Notes: generated by a model not told the origin, from the sequence alone. DNA of 64,000 bases from Calditrichia bacterium (GCA_050633245.1 JBOEGD010000024.1:160001-224000); one strand, 5' to 3'; shown: positions 17,528 to 27,640, counted from the stretch's first letter. Made by a program: numbers and translations.

Positions 17528-20158
17528 ATGAGACAGATTTTCGCAATACTCTTTATTTCGTTGGGGCTATTTGCGCAGGAAAACTTGCCGATCTTTTCAT
17601 CTGACTTTTCAGAAGATAAATCTGATGGTGAGATTGCCCAAGCGACAGTTGATTACTGGGAATCCTTCTATCAGGAAAATTATTTTGATAAGGGCTACAG
17701 TTTCGAAGATATGGGGGGAACGGGCTACTATCCATTTCGCCGTATGAAGCACTTTTATGATATGCGCAAAAATGAAAACGGTGAAATTCCATTTCTTTCA
17801 CGCTGGAATGCCTATGAGCAAAGCAAGCAGCAGTTGCTGGACAATAAATCTGCTATTCTGACGGCAAGCTGGGAATCTATGGGACCAAATACCATCGATA
17901 CCCTTGCCGGACGTATGCTTGCTCATGCCTTCGATCCGCTCGACAATAAGATTATCTGGGCAGGTTCTGGCTCCGGCGGGCTTTGGAAATCGCTAAACGC
18001 CGGGGAGTCATGGATACCGGTTACCGATCACCTGCCTTCACTTCGCATCTCGGCTATTGCCATCAATCCAAACGACCGTGACATGATTATTATTGGAACC
18101 GGCACTGGAATGGGCAATAGTTTTACGCTGCAGCCTGGAGTTGGAATCCTGAAATCTACTGATGGCGGACTAACCTGGCAGCAAACGTCTTTTACTTATA
18201 TGCAAAGTCAGGGGGTATCTACCTTTAAGATGATCTGGGATAAATCTAATCCGTCGCGTTTGTATGTGGCTGCCACCAATGGCACCTGGATTTCTGACGA
18301 TCAGGGCGATACCTGGCAGCGGACATTCGTGACACGAACAACAGATATTAAGGTAAATAAGCAGTCTCCCAATATTCTCTATATGGCCTCGCAGAACGCC
18401 GGTATTTATCGCAGCACCGATTTTGGCACAACCTGGGGACGTTTAAACTCTGGCTTACCGAATTCTACGCAAATTGGCTTTTCGCGCGTAGCAATATGTG
18501 ATAGCTTTCCAAATGTGCTTTATGCCGGAATTGCCGATGCTACAACCCAGGCGGTAAGAGGACTCTATCGCTCAGATGACGGTGGTGACAGCTGGATGCA
18601 GCTATCAAATGTGCCGAATGTCTACTGCCAGCCCGGCGCGACTACAAGTTGTCAGGGTTGGTTCTCGAATACGCTTGGCGTGTCTCCGGCAGACCCCGAT
18701 CTGATTTTCTTCGGTGGCGTGCAATTCTGGCGCTCAGATGACGGCGGGTCGACGTGGACATGGCATGATTATCTTTCCAATGGCACGGGAACCGGTAACA
18801 TGGGACTTGTTTACGTCGATCAGATGGACATAGGCTTCGACCCGGTCGATCCGCAAACGATCTACGTGTTTAACGATGGTGGAATCCAAAAATCAACAGA
18901 CAACGGGCTTTGGTGGGAACGCATCAACCAGGATCTGGTAACCGCGCAGCTCTATGGCATTGCCAGTTCACAGACCGTTCCAGAGCGAATGATTGGTGGA
19001 TTTCAGGATCATGGTTTGCAGAAGGTTGATGGCCGAGGTGGTAATCTTGCCTGGAAACGCTGGACGACTTTCGATGGCGCTGGTGGCAATATCGATCACC
19101 AAAACTCCGATATCATTTATGGCGTATGGAATCTGGGAACACACTTTAAATCGTTGGATTTTGGAAACAGCGCGTTTCCGATAATGAATGGCATTACTGA
19201 GGGTGGTGTTTGGCTTACACCACAAGTGATGCATCCGGAAGATCCGAAAATACTATATACGGCCAGCACACTAAAAATTTATAAAACGGTTAATGGCGCC
19301 AACTGGACGGCCGTCGCTGCGATACCCAATGTGAATACGATCGCCATAGATCAGGTTAACCCGGATATTATTTATGCACATTCCTATACCGGAACTTCCT
19401 GGACGATTTGGCGCTCCAATGATGCTGGTGCTAACTGGGCGGCTATTAACGATCCAACCATTCCTAGCTGGCGTGTGCGTGATTTAGAAGCCGACCCCTC
19501 GAATGAAGGTATTGTCTATGCAGTGCGTAATAGTGCATTTGCCAATCGCGATCACGTTAAAAAGTCTGTCGACTATGGTAATACCTGGCAGGATATCACG
19601 AATAATCTGCCTGATATTCCAACCAATGCGATTGCGATCAGTCCGTTCAATTCTGACCATCTTTATCTGGCAACCGATCTTGGAATTTATCTCTCGACAA
19701 ACGGTGGTGGCGAATGGCTGGAATACAACGACGGTTTGCCATTGGTATACGCGTCTGACATTCACTACCACCCGGTAGACAGCACACTGCGAATCGCAAC
19801 GCTGGGAAGAGGCGTATGGAAGTCACGCTCGGCGGATGTGACTGTTGGTGTAGCACCGAACCAGCAATCGTCTATTCCGAACCGCTTTAGCATCGAGCAA
19901 AATTACCCAAATCCATTCAACCCCGAGACGGTGGTGAACTACGAATTGTTTGCCTCCGCAGCAGTCCAGGTCGAGGTTTTCAACGAGCTTGGTCAGAGTG
20001 TTGCTTTTTTATATGAGGGAAATAAAGCTGCCGGGCGCCATCAACTTACCTGGGATGGTCGCAATGACATCGGAAATGTTGTTGCCACCGGAAACTATTT
20101 TCTAAGGATAACCGCCGATGGTATTGCCAAAACAATAAAAATGAATTTTGTTAAATAA
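17528..20158 (+). CDS. Secreted BNR/Asp-box (sortilin/GH74-like) beta-propeller protein with FlgD/T9SS-like CTD
   Basis: Signal peptide; WESMGP..AGR; many SxDxGxTW Asp-boxes; ATLGRGVW; NYPNPFNP CTD. Confidence 0.88.
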   Translation: MRQIFAILFISLGLFAQENLPIFSSDFSEDKSDGEIAQATVDYWESFYQENYFDKGYSFEDMGGTGYYPFRRMKHFYDMRKNENGEIPFLSRWNAYEQSKQQLLDNKSAILTASWESMGPNTIDTLAGRMLAHAFDPLDNKIIWAGSGSGGLWKSLNAGESWIPVTDHLPSLRISAIAINPNDRDMIIIGTGTGMGNSFTLQPGVGILKSTDGGLTWQQTSFTYMQSQGVSTFKMIWDKSNPSRLYVAATNGTWISDDQGDTWQRTFVTRTTDIKVNKQSPNILYMASQNAGIYRSTDFGTTWGRLNSGLPNSTQIGFSRVAICDSFPNVLYAGIADATTQAVRGLYRSDDGGDSWMQLSNVPNVYCQPGATTSCQGWFSNTLGVSPADPDLIFFGGVQFWRSDDGGSTWTWHDYLSNGTGTGNMGLVYVDQMDIGFDPVDPQTIYVFNDGGIQKSTDNGLWWERINQDLVTAQLYGIASSQTVPERMIGGFQDHGLQKVDGRGGNLAWKRWTTFDGAGGNIDHQNSDIIYGVWNLGTHFKSLDFGNSAFPIMNGITEGGVWLTPQVMHPEDPKILYTASTLKIYKTVNGANWTAVAAIPNVNTIAIDQVNPDIIYAHSYTGTSWTIWRSNDAGANWAAINDPTIPSWRVRDLEADPSNEGIVYAVRNSAFANRDHVKKSVDYGNTWQDITNNLPDIPTNAIAISPFNSDHLYLATDLGIYLSTNGGGEWLEYNDGLPLVYASDIHYHPVDSTLRIATLGRGVWKSRSADVTVGVAPNQQSSIPNRFSIEQNYPNPFNPETVVNYELFASAAVQVEVFNELGQSVAFLYEGNKAAGRHQLTWDGRNDIGNVVATGNYFLRITADGIAKTIKMNFVK

Positions 20159-20160
20159 GG

Positions 20161-20195
20161 TTCAGTAGCACCACAATGTTTGTGGTGCTACTGAA
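20161..20195. terminator. Inverted-repeat terminator
   Basis: TTCAGTAGCACCACAA-TGT-TTGTGGTGCTACTGAA immediately after the stop at 20158. Confidence 0.8.
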
Positions 20196-20284
20196 GTCAT
20201 CATTGTTCCTCGCTGTATTTTTCCTTACATTTCTAGAATAGCATTCTATTTAGCTTATTGCCTTAACACGTAAGGAGATATTTT

Positions 20285-21073
20285 ATGAAACGCATAATGT
20301 TTTTTTTGCTGATATTAGGCTTCCTGGCTACAGCAAATGGACAAAATGTGGGAGAGCCTGCACCGGACTTCAGCTTTAACACGCTTGAGCACGGACAAAT
20401 CTCGCTTTCTCAATTTCAAGGTAAGGTGATTTATATGTTTATGTTTGGCTTTTCCTGAGGATTTTGCCGCCAGGTTGGTCCAACCACACAAGCATTAAAT
20501 CAGATGTATCAGAACGAAAACTTCCAAGCCATTGGCTTTGATTATTGGAATGGCAGTAGTGCACAGGTGCAGGGATTTAAATCTGCAACCGGCATTACCT
20601 ATCCGTTGGCGATGTTAGCAGGCAGTATGTCATCACTTTACGCAATTACCTACGATCGCAATCTTATCGTCGATCAGGCCGGGCTTATTTTTTATAAGGG
20701 CACCGGGGTAGCAAGCGGAGACATCAACGATGTTTTTGGCATGGTCGAGATGTTGCTAAGCCCTACTGGTATCGGTGACGACGAAGAAGTCGCAGAGTCT
20801 TATGTATTGCGCCAAAACTATCCGAATCCGTTTAACCCTACCACACAAATTTCATTTACGCTCCCGGCAGTTGAAAATGTGAGTATCCGCATTTATGATG
20901 TTTCCGGGAAGCTCGTTCGCACATTACTTTCAGGGCAGATGAATGCCGGAACGCATGAGCTCTACTGGAATGGCCGTTCCGATGCGGGTGAAGATGTAAG
21001 CTCGGGTGTTTATCTATATCGAATGGATACCGAGAGTTTCAGCGAGTCCCGCAAGATGATCCTGAATCGCTAA
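20285..21073 (+). CDS. Predicted selenoprotein: secreted TlpA/AhpC-TSA-type redoxin (UxxC) fused to FlgD/T9SS-like CTD, 262 aa with Sec58
   Basis: SD AAGGAG then ATG 20285; MKRIMFFLLILGFLATANG-QNVGEPAPDFSFNTLEHGQISLSQFQGKVIYMFMFGFS-TGA(20456-20458)-GFCRQVGP; continues in frame into the ORF-track 20504..21073 protein. Confidence 0.85.
20461..20500 (+). promoter_or_regulatory. Putative bacterial SECIS hairpin
   Basis: Apical stem GGTTG(20473-77)/CAACC(20481-85) with G-starting loop about 19 nt after the UGA; lower pairings TGC/GCA and ATTT/AAAT. Confidence 0.7.
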
Positions 21074-21096
21074 AGATAGAGCTGGTATTATTCGCA

Positions 21097-21122
21097 ACGC
21101 AGTGCTTTCTTAAGCACTGCGT
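21097..21122. terminator. Inverted-repeat terminator
   Basis: ACGCAGTGCTT-TCTT-AAGCACTGCGT after the stop at 21073. Confidence 0.7.
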
Positions 21123-21264
21123 CGTTCCTCAGATACCCAAAATCAATCATATCATTTAAATTTCGCCAATTTCTGCCCTAAATTCACATCTTTGGGGTAT
21201 ATACTTCCCTATATCTACAGCCTAACTTTTCCCTAGACATTAATACTTCAATCAGGAAAATACC

Positions 21265-23853
21265 ATGCGCCTCATTATCGCTGTGATTCTATCCATGCTG
21301 TTTCTTATGCTTTATCTTTTCACGGGGCAGGAAACTACGCCCTCAGAAGATAAAATTTCCGGAGCCTATCAGGCCTTGAATATGCTTGGTGCACAGCGAA
21401 CCTACCCGTTTCAACAGCTTCCTGAGAATGCACATTATGCTGCTTTTGAACAAGCAAAGGCGCTGCGTGCATCGAAAAATAAAACGCTGCATAACGATTC
21501 CGAATGGAACGACATCGGTCCTAAAAATCTTGGTGGTCGCACCCTCACCGTAGCGCTGAACCCGCAGAATCCGTCCACGGTTTATGCTGGTTCAGCGAGC
21601 GGCGGCCTCTGGCGAAGCTATTCAGAAGGAAGAGGCGTTGATGCCTGGGAATATGTATCTACCGGATTTCCTACCCTGGCCGTTAGCTCAATAACGTTTG
21701 CTCCCGGGGATTCTTCGACAATGTATCTCGGTACAGGTGAGGTCTACAATTATAGTGCTGCGGGAACCGGCGCTGCTTACCGCTCAACGCGCGGTAGTTA
21801 TGGTATCGGTATTTTGAAATCAACCGACGGCGGCGCAACCTGGGCCAAAAGCTTAGACTGGAGTTATAATCAGCAGCATGGTGTTTGGGCAATTAAGGTG
21901 AATCCACTTAATCCCAATACCGTTTGGGCTGCTACCACAGAAGGTGTCTATAAGTCGACCGATGCCGGTACTAACTGGAATCATGTTCTGGACGTTATAA
22001 TGGCGACCGATCTGCAAATTAGTCCGGTTGATACCAATATCGTGTTTGCGGGCTGCGGAAACTTCGCCTCTATCGGCCACGGTGTTTACCGCAGCACTGA
22101 TAGTGGAACCAATTGGGATAAATTATCTGAGGGCTTACCTGCCACATTCAATGGCAAGATTTTATTGGACATGACGAACCTGCCGCTTGGCAATACCCTG
22201 TATGCCAGTATTGGAAACGGCTTTTCATTCAGCGATGGCTTTAGCTGGCTGTGCAGCAGTGTTGATAATGGTGAGAACTGGACAATTGAAACGACACTCG
22301 ATTATTCCAAATGGCAGGGATGGTACTCGCATGATGTTGCGGTAAATCCCACCAATCCACAGGAAGTATTTACCGTTGGAATTGAGATTTATAAGTCCAC
22401 CAATGGCGGAAGTAATCTCGCTATAAAATCGACGAATGGAACATTCTCAGGCAGAGTTCCGCCGGAAGGTCCGGAAGGCCCGGCGACCTATTCGCATCCC
22501 GATCACCATGAGGTTGTGTATCATCCAACTGATTCGAATATTTTATATTTCGCCAATGATGGTGGTGTATTTCGCACTATTGATGGTGGCGAAACATTTG
22601 AAAGTTGCAACGGCGGCCTTCAAACCAGTCAGTTTTACGGTGGTTTTTCCAGCGCGGTAACCGATTCCCAGCGGGCGATTGGGGGCTTTCAGGATAACTC
22701 TACAGCAATCTACGATGGTCAGGATGCCTGGCTTGTCCGCTTAATAGGCGGTGACGGTGGTTGGGCAGCAATTGATCAGACTAATGCACAGGTTATGTAT
22801 GGTTCCTCTCAGTTCCTGAACGTCTCTAAATCGACCAATGGGGGGCAATTTTTCTTTAACGTCGGCGTACCTGGGAACAACAACCCAACCGTTTTTATTG
22901 CGCCATTTGTATTAGCGCCGCAAAATCCACAGATCATCTACGCTGCAAGAAACATCGTGTATCAGTCTGAAGATGGTGGCAGCAGCTGGAATTCGCTAAA
23001 CAACGGCCTTCCAATTGACGGCAATCCAGTTTTGGCAATGGATGTTTCCGCGTCGAACAGTGATGTGGTTTATGTGGCGACTGTGCCATTTAATCGAGCT
23101 CGTGGCGTGCATCGTACGCTGGATGGTGGAAATACCTGGACTGAGATTACCGGCAATCTACCGGATCGCTTTCCGGGAGATATTGCAATCGATCCGACAG
23201 ACCCCGCAACTGTTTACATTACGTTCTCTGGGTTTGGAACGGACCATGTATATAAGTCAAATGACTCTGGTAGCAGCTGGACCGCTATTGGGCAGGTTTT
23301 ACCCGATGTGCCCACGAGTGCAGTAATCGTTGACCCACTGTATCCTGAGCATGTTTATGTCGGTAATGACATCGGAGTGTTTGCATCAACCGATGGTGGT
23401 ATCACCTGGAGCGACTATAGCGATGCATTGCCGGATGCGGTGATGGTCTTCGACTTGGCAATCTCTCCTCTGAATCGCAAGCTGCGGATCGGCACTCATG
23501 GAAATGGTGCCTATGAGAGACCCTTGATCGACGGCTCTGTTGGAGTAGAGCCATCACCATCAAACGTGACCGAGGCATTTACTCTTTATCAGAATTACCC
23601 AAATCCGTTCAACCCGGAAACGACCATAGCATTCGAACTGAGCCAGCGAGAGGCAGTTACCCTGCGGATATTCAATAGTTTGGGACAAGAGGTTCGCACG
23701 CTGATAGAAAATAATGTTCGCAATGCCGGTCGACATGAGGTCAGTTGGAATGGCCGAAATAACTCCGGTGAGCGGGTCGCCAGTGGCGTGTATCTTTATC
23801 AGCTAAAGGCTGGTTCGGCGGCCACGTCCCGCCGAATGATCCTTTCGCAATAG
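21265..23853 (+). CDS. Secreted BNR/Asp-box beta-propeller protein with FlgD/T9SS-like CTD
   Basis: WNDIGPKNLGGRT; repeated KSTDGGATW boxes; HPDHH; GTHGNGAY; NYPNPFNP CTD. Paralogous to 17528..20158. Confidence 0.88.
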   Translation: MRLIIAVILSMLFLMLYLFTGQETTPSEDKISGAYQALNMLGAQRTYPFQQLPENAHYAAFEQAKALRASKNKTLHNDSEWNDIGPKNLGGRTLTVALNPQNPSTVYAGSASGGLWRSYSEGRGVDAWEYVSTGFPTLAVSSITFAPGDSSTMYLGTGEVYNYSAAGTGAAYRSTRGSYGIGILKSTDGGATWAKSLDWSYNQQHGVWAIKVNPLNPNTVWAATTEGVYKSTDAGTNWNHVLDVIMATDLQISPVDTNIVFAGCGNFASIGHGVYRSTDSGTNWDKLSEGLPATFNGKILLDMTNLPLGNTLYASIGNGFSFSDGFSWLCSSVDNGENWTIETTLDYSKWQGWYSHDVAVNPTNPQEVFTVGIEIYKSTNGGSNLAIKSTNGTFSGRVPPEGPEGPATYSHPDHHEVVYHPTDSNILYFANDGGVFRTIDGGETFESCNGGLQTSQFYGGFSSAVTDSQRAIGGFQDNSTAIYDGQDAWLVRLIGGDGGWAAIDQTNAQVMYGSSQFLNVSKSTNGGQFFFNVGVPGNNNPTVFIAPFVLAPQNPQIIYAARNIVYQSEDGGSSWNSLNNGLPIDGNPVLAMDVSASNSDVVYVATVPFNRARGVHRTLDGGNTWTEITGNLPDRFPGDIAIDPTDPATVYITFSGFGTDHVYKSNDSGSSWTAIGQVLPDVPTSAVIVDPLYPEHVYVGNDIGVFASTDGGITWSDYSDALPDAVMVFDLAISPLNRKLRIGTHGNGAYERPLIDGSVGVEPSPSNVTEAFTLYQNYPNPFNPETTIAFELSQREAVTLRIFNSLGQEVRTLIENNVRNAGRHEVSWNGRNNSGERVASGVYLYQLKAGSAATSRRMILSQ

Positions 23854-23974
23854 TATTTACCCCTATCACACCCACGCGATAGTGCGGGGGATGGGCAATT
23901 GCCTGTTCCCCGTGCTTTTTTTACCTCGAGACATCCATTACCGTTTTCACTTCTAAAGCAGCACCGATCGATAT

Positions 23975-25081
23975 CTACCCCGTACACTTTCTTATTATCC
24001 ATTCTAACGGACCCCGTTTAAACTGCTCCTGCCAATGGTAAGAAAATAAAACGACAAGTAAGCAAAATAAACTTGAAGCGATTACCGAGCTTAGAACAGA
24101 CGAGCTCTCCAGCAGACCAAAAGTTTCTAGCGCTCCCATCCCGATGATGACATGAGCAAAATAATTCGTTAGCGCCAGCTGCCCGGTTGAAATCAATGCC
24201 TTTACCCATCTGGTTTCGGTGATGTTCTCTGTAAGGATAATACTGAGTAGAATAAGGATAACGGCGGTTCCACCAGCAGACAATATGTAAAGAGGCATTG
24301 GCGGCATCGGTGCCGTTCCAAAAAGAGCCACAATTATCTCGTAGACTTGCTGGTCCGCATTAGCAGATAAGGACCTGATTAGCTGATGAGATGTGAATTC
24401 TGTTATTGCAACGACCGTCAGGCTGATGAGGAATAGGCGCCTTCGGAAAAGCTTGTTGCGGATGTCTTGCCTCCCCAGCCACATTCCGAAAATCATAAAA
24501 GACGTCCAGGGAATAACCGGGTGAAACCCATTAAAGAACATATGGCGAACCATTCCGGGAAGCGTCCAAAAGTTTTGATACTCAAGTGTCGCCCAATTCC
24601 AACCCGTTTCATAATCGAATAACAGCATCAATACCACAAAGCCAAGCGTGAACCCCGCTGCTATCCAGAGCAAGCGGCGATTGGAAACCGTAAGCAAGAA
24701 GGCACAAACAGCAATGTATAAACCGTAGAAGTGAAGAATGTCCGCTGGCCAGATTGGTGTGTAGAGCAGGCCAACGACAAATAGAAAAAGAGCTCTTTTT
24801 AACAGCAGGAAACGCGTATGCCTTAGTGCTGTGGTATCTGAGGCATTATAAGCCCTGCGAGAAATTAAGGATAGTCCGACTCCGGCAAGAATAACAAAGG
24901 TTGCTGCGGCCCTGCCTTCGAGCAAGCTGAGGCACCAAGCTATCCATCCTGAATGTGCTTCATAGCCAGTCATGACCAACTTGAAATTAACGAAGATCAT
25001 TCCAAATACTGCCAGTGCACGTGCAACATCGTAGCCGACTATGCGAGAGCTGCCTTTCTGTGAAAGGGATGGTTGAGACAT
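23975..25081 (-). CDS. DUF418-family integral membrane protein
   Basis: RIVGYDVARALAVFGM, ADILHFYG, GQLALTNYFAH, FKRGPLEWIIR. Confidence 0.85.
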   Translation of the reverse strand: MSQPSLSQKGSSRIVGYDVARALAVFGMIFVNFKLVMTGYEAHSGWIAWCLSLLEGRAAATFVILAGVGLSLISRRAYNASDTTALRHTRFLLLKRALFLFVVGLLYTPIWPADILHFYGLYIAVCAFLLTVSNRRLLWIAAGFTLGFVVLMLLFDYETGWNWATLEYQNFWTLPGMVRHMFFNGFHPVIPWTSFMIFGMWLGRQDIRNKLFRRRLFLISLTVVAITEFTSHQLIRSLSANADQQVYEIIVALFGTAPMPPMPLYILSAGGTAVILILLSIILTENITETRWVKALISTGQLALTNYFAHVIIGMGALETFGLLESSSVLSSVIASSLFCLLVVLFSYHWQEQFKRGPLEWIIRKCTG

Positions 25082-25088
25082 TGTGTAT

Positions 25089-25853
25089 TTACCTCCCGCT
25101 TTCTACTGCGTCAAAAGAGAAGTAGTTACTTAAGGATATTTCGGTTGTTACTTTGCCGCGAAAGGTGAAGAACGGGAACAGCTTCGTTTTGATCTTCATC
25201 TTGTATAGAATTCGCTGTGCATACCAACTGGATGAGTCGCATTTGTAAAAGATTGTGCTTTCTATTTTGCTGATTTTGGTCTTGTCTTCGGTAAACGACT
25301 CGTTTGTGTGAAACTGGATTTTTACCGGAATACCGGAATTTTTAGCTAACCAGGCCGTACCATACCATTCGATACCTTCGGAGATCTGGCGATACTCGTA
25401 TACAACGCATTCGATGCCATCAATGGTCTGGTGTTCGGGTAAACGTACCGTGATGATATTCGCCTGTAGTGCTTGCCGAAATGGGATTTCCGGTTCATCA
25501 CTCTGCAAATATTGCTGTAGCACGGTGTCGTTGCCAGGGGGCTTTTGCGCTGCCTGAGTGACGTCCTCTTCGTTAGATCTACTCACCACTAGCTTGGCGT
25601 TCAGCATTCCGTTTTGCTGTAAGTAAAACTGAATTTGCCTTTCGTTATGTTCTTCAACTTTATCATTCATGTCTGTTACCAGCTCATTCTCAATTAGCAA
25701 GCCGGGCACCCACTGTAGATTTGCCGCATCGATTGCTACAGCTTTTTGCCATAGCGTGTCGGATTGCGATTGAGCGAGCAGCTGGTTTATGGGGGCCAAC
25801 AGCATAAAGATAGCGCAGGTTGCTGCTGGCAACTGTGTCCATTTTCTGTTCAT
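25089..25853 (-). CDS. Hypothetical secreted protein
   Basis: Signal peptide ending LLAQ; ETIDG-like motif QTIDGIECVVYEY..GTAWLAKNSGIPVK; co-oriented with neighbours. Confidence 0.6.
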   Translation of the reverse strand: MNRKWTQLPAATCAIFMLLAPINQLLAQSQSDTLWQKAVAIDAANLQWVPGLLIENELVTDMNDKVEEHNERQIQFYLQQNGMLNAKLVVSRSNEEDVTQAAQKPPGNDTVLQQYLQSDEPEIPFRQALQANIITVRLPEHQTIDGIECVVYEYRQISEGIEWYGTAWLAKNSGIPVKIQFHTNESFTEDKTKISKIESTIFYKCDSSSWYAQRILYKMKIKTKLFPFFTFRGKVTTEISLSNYFSFDAVESGR

Positions 25854-25961
25854 CTTGAGGATCTCCTCTTCGGGTTATCTTGCACTGTTTAACACAATGA
25901 ACCACTTTTCGAGCTGGAGATCGCCCATGCCTATAGGATGGGAAGTGTTTTTGTAGAAAAA

Positions 25962-27128
25962 TCAGACGTTTTGTCGACGAAACTGGGAGGGAGTTAATCC
26001 GGTGGTTTCTTTGAAGACTTTATTGAAGGCAGATTTAGAGCTAAAACCGGCTTCAAAGGCGATTGCGAGCAGCGTTAGGTGCTGATGCTCAGTACTTATC
26101 AATAAGCGCTGAGCTTCCTTAACGCGATAGCCATTTACAAAATCGAAGAAGCTCATGTTTAGCTTTGAGTTTAAGATTTGCGAGAGGTGGTTTGTTGATA
26201 TGGATAAGCGTTGAGCGAGGTCCTGCAGCTTAAGCCCGTTTTCCAAATACAGCTTTTTTCCTTCCATTAAAACCTGGAGTTCTTCAGATAGTTGCTCTGC
26301 GGAATCATTGCTTAGGGATGACTTCGCATATTTGGACATTTCCTTCTTCTCAGGATCTGACGTGAGATTTATTTGTTGATCGTCTTCTCTAAAAACGGAG
26401 GATTGTCTGAGACCCATATAGCCGACTCCATAAAACAGCACAGCGATGAAGACATAGTGAAACACAAAAGAGGCCTCTATATCGGCATCAGACGCATCTG
26501 CGACAATAAAAAAAAGAATGAAAAGCTGAGCCGCAAATAAAAACAGCGTTGCGGTCAGCAGACCTTTTAACCAGTTAAGGTTAATTTGGGAGATATCGGA
26601 AAACTCGTCTTTAATCTTTTGCCCGTGTTTTTGGACGACCCGAACAGAAAGCACTACCAGCGCCAGATTGTAGATCATTTCCAGCAGCCAAATGAACAGA
26701 TATTCGATTGCTGCTTCATCACTGAGGTTTAGCTGTTGATACGCATTAATCTTTGATTCTGCAGACTGAATATAAAATGGTAGCCAGAGAATAAGCTCCA
26801 AAGCGAAGGGTAAGAAGGTGAGCAGTAGTAAGGGAGAAAAAGTATAATCCCGTGATGTTAAGGTTTTGGTATATAGGAATAGCAGTGGCCCATATAATAG
26901 ATAAAGAGGTTCGGCTAATGAAATAAGATGAGGAACCTGAAAAATATAGCCGCTCAGATAGAGAAAGCTAAGCAAAATATCCAGCGAAACGGCAAAGATT
27001 AAAGCGGCAAGAATTCTGTTTGCAAAGCTGTTGCCTGTTTTATGTAAAAAGAGGAAGGTCGTTAGTACAAATCCTTGAATTGCGCCGATCAGAACCAGCG
27101 TATGCCAGATTGTTAGAGATGTTTCCAT
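25962..27128 (-). CDS. Membrane-anchored AraC-family transcriptional regulator
   Basis: Multiple TM helices, then LSQILN..FFDFVNGYRVKEA..LLAIAFEAGFSSKSAFNKVFKETTGLTPSQFR. Confidence 0.92.
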   Translation of the reverse strand: METSLTIWHTLVLIGAIQGFVLTTFLFLHKTGNSFANRILAALIFAVSLDILLSFLYLSGYIFQVPHLISLAEPLYLLYGPLLFLYTKTLTSRDYTFSPLLLLTFLPFALELILWLPFYIQSAESKINAYQQLNLSDEAAIEYLFIWLLEMIYNLALVVLSVRVVQKHGQKIKDEFSDISQINLNWLKGLLTATLFLFAAQLFILFFIVADASDADIEASFVFHYVFIAVLFYGVGYMGLRQSSVFREDDQQINLTSDPEKKEMSKYAKSSLSNDSAEQLSEELQVLMEGKKLYLENGLKLQDLAQRLSISTNHLSQILNSKLNMSFFDFVNGYRVKEAQRLLISTEHQHLTLLAIAFEAGFSSKSAFNKVFKETTGLTPSQFRRQNV

Positions 27129-27266
27129 ATGGTCTAAGACTTTGGGCTAATAATTCGTAAACAGCTTTCGCAGAAGCCGATGGTTTTTTAACTAATTAAT
27201 TCGTACACATTCGGATTTCAAAATCGTATAATTTAAATATGTCATCTAACCAGAAAGAGATTGGCT

Positions 27267-27635
27267 ATGCCTGAAATCAAAAATCTACAGTTCATCGTCC
27301 CTGTATTCCCTTCCGCAGACATTGCGCGAGATCTTGCCTGGTATGAAAAGCACACTGGCTTCGTAAAGGTGTTTGGCGATACTATGTATGCCGGTCTGAA
27401 GCGCGACGGCCTGGAGCTGCACTTGCAGTGGCATGCCGATACCGAAGACGACCCCTTGCTTGGTGGTTCGGTCATACGTATTTTTGTGCAAGACATTCAG
27501 CCGCTATTCGACGAATTCGTGCAGCGCGGAACGGTTAGTAAAAACAAGTTGCGCATGAACACCGATTGGGGCACTCATGAATTTGGCTTTTATGATTTGA
27601 ATAAGAACGGAATTTTTATTGTGCAGGATGTTTAG
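27267..27635 (+). CDS. Glyoxalase/bleomycin-resistance (VOC) family protein
   Basis: PVFPSADIARDLAWY..GF, LHLQW, TDWGTHEFGFYDLNKNGI. Confidence 0.85.
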   Translation: MPEIKNLQFIVPVFPSADIARDLAWYEKHTGFVKVFGDTMYAGLKRDGLELHLQWHADTEDDPLLGGSVIRIFVQDIQPLFDEFVQRGTVSKNKLRMNTDWGTHEFGFYDLNKNGIFIVQDV

Positions 27636-27640
27636 AATTT

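Noticed and set aside
20456-20458. Alternative genetic code (TGA = Trp/Gly) as the explanation
   Set aside because: TGA ends many intact genes here (e.g. 8946, 15001, 28516, 60801) and Trp is encoded by TGG.
20504-21073. ORF-track 189-aa protein as a complete gene
   Set aside because: It starts mid-thioredoxin fold with no SD or signal peptide; the upstream in-frame segment supplies both.
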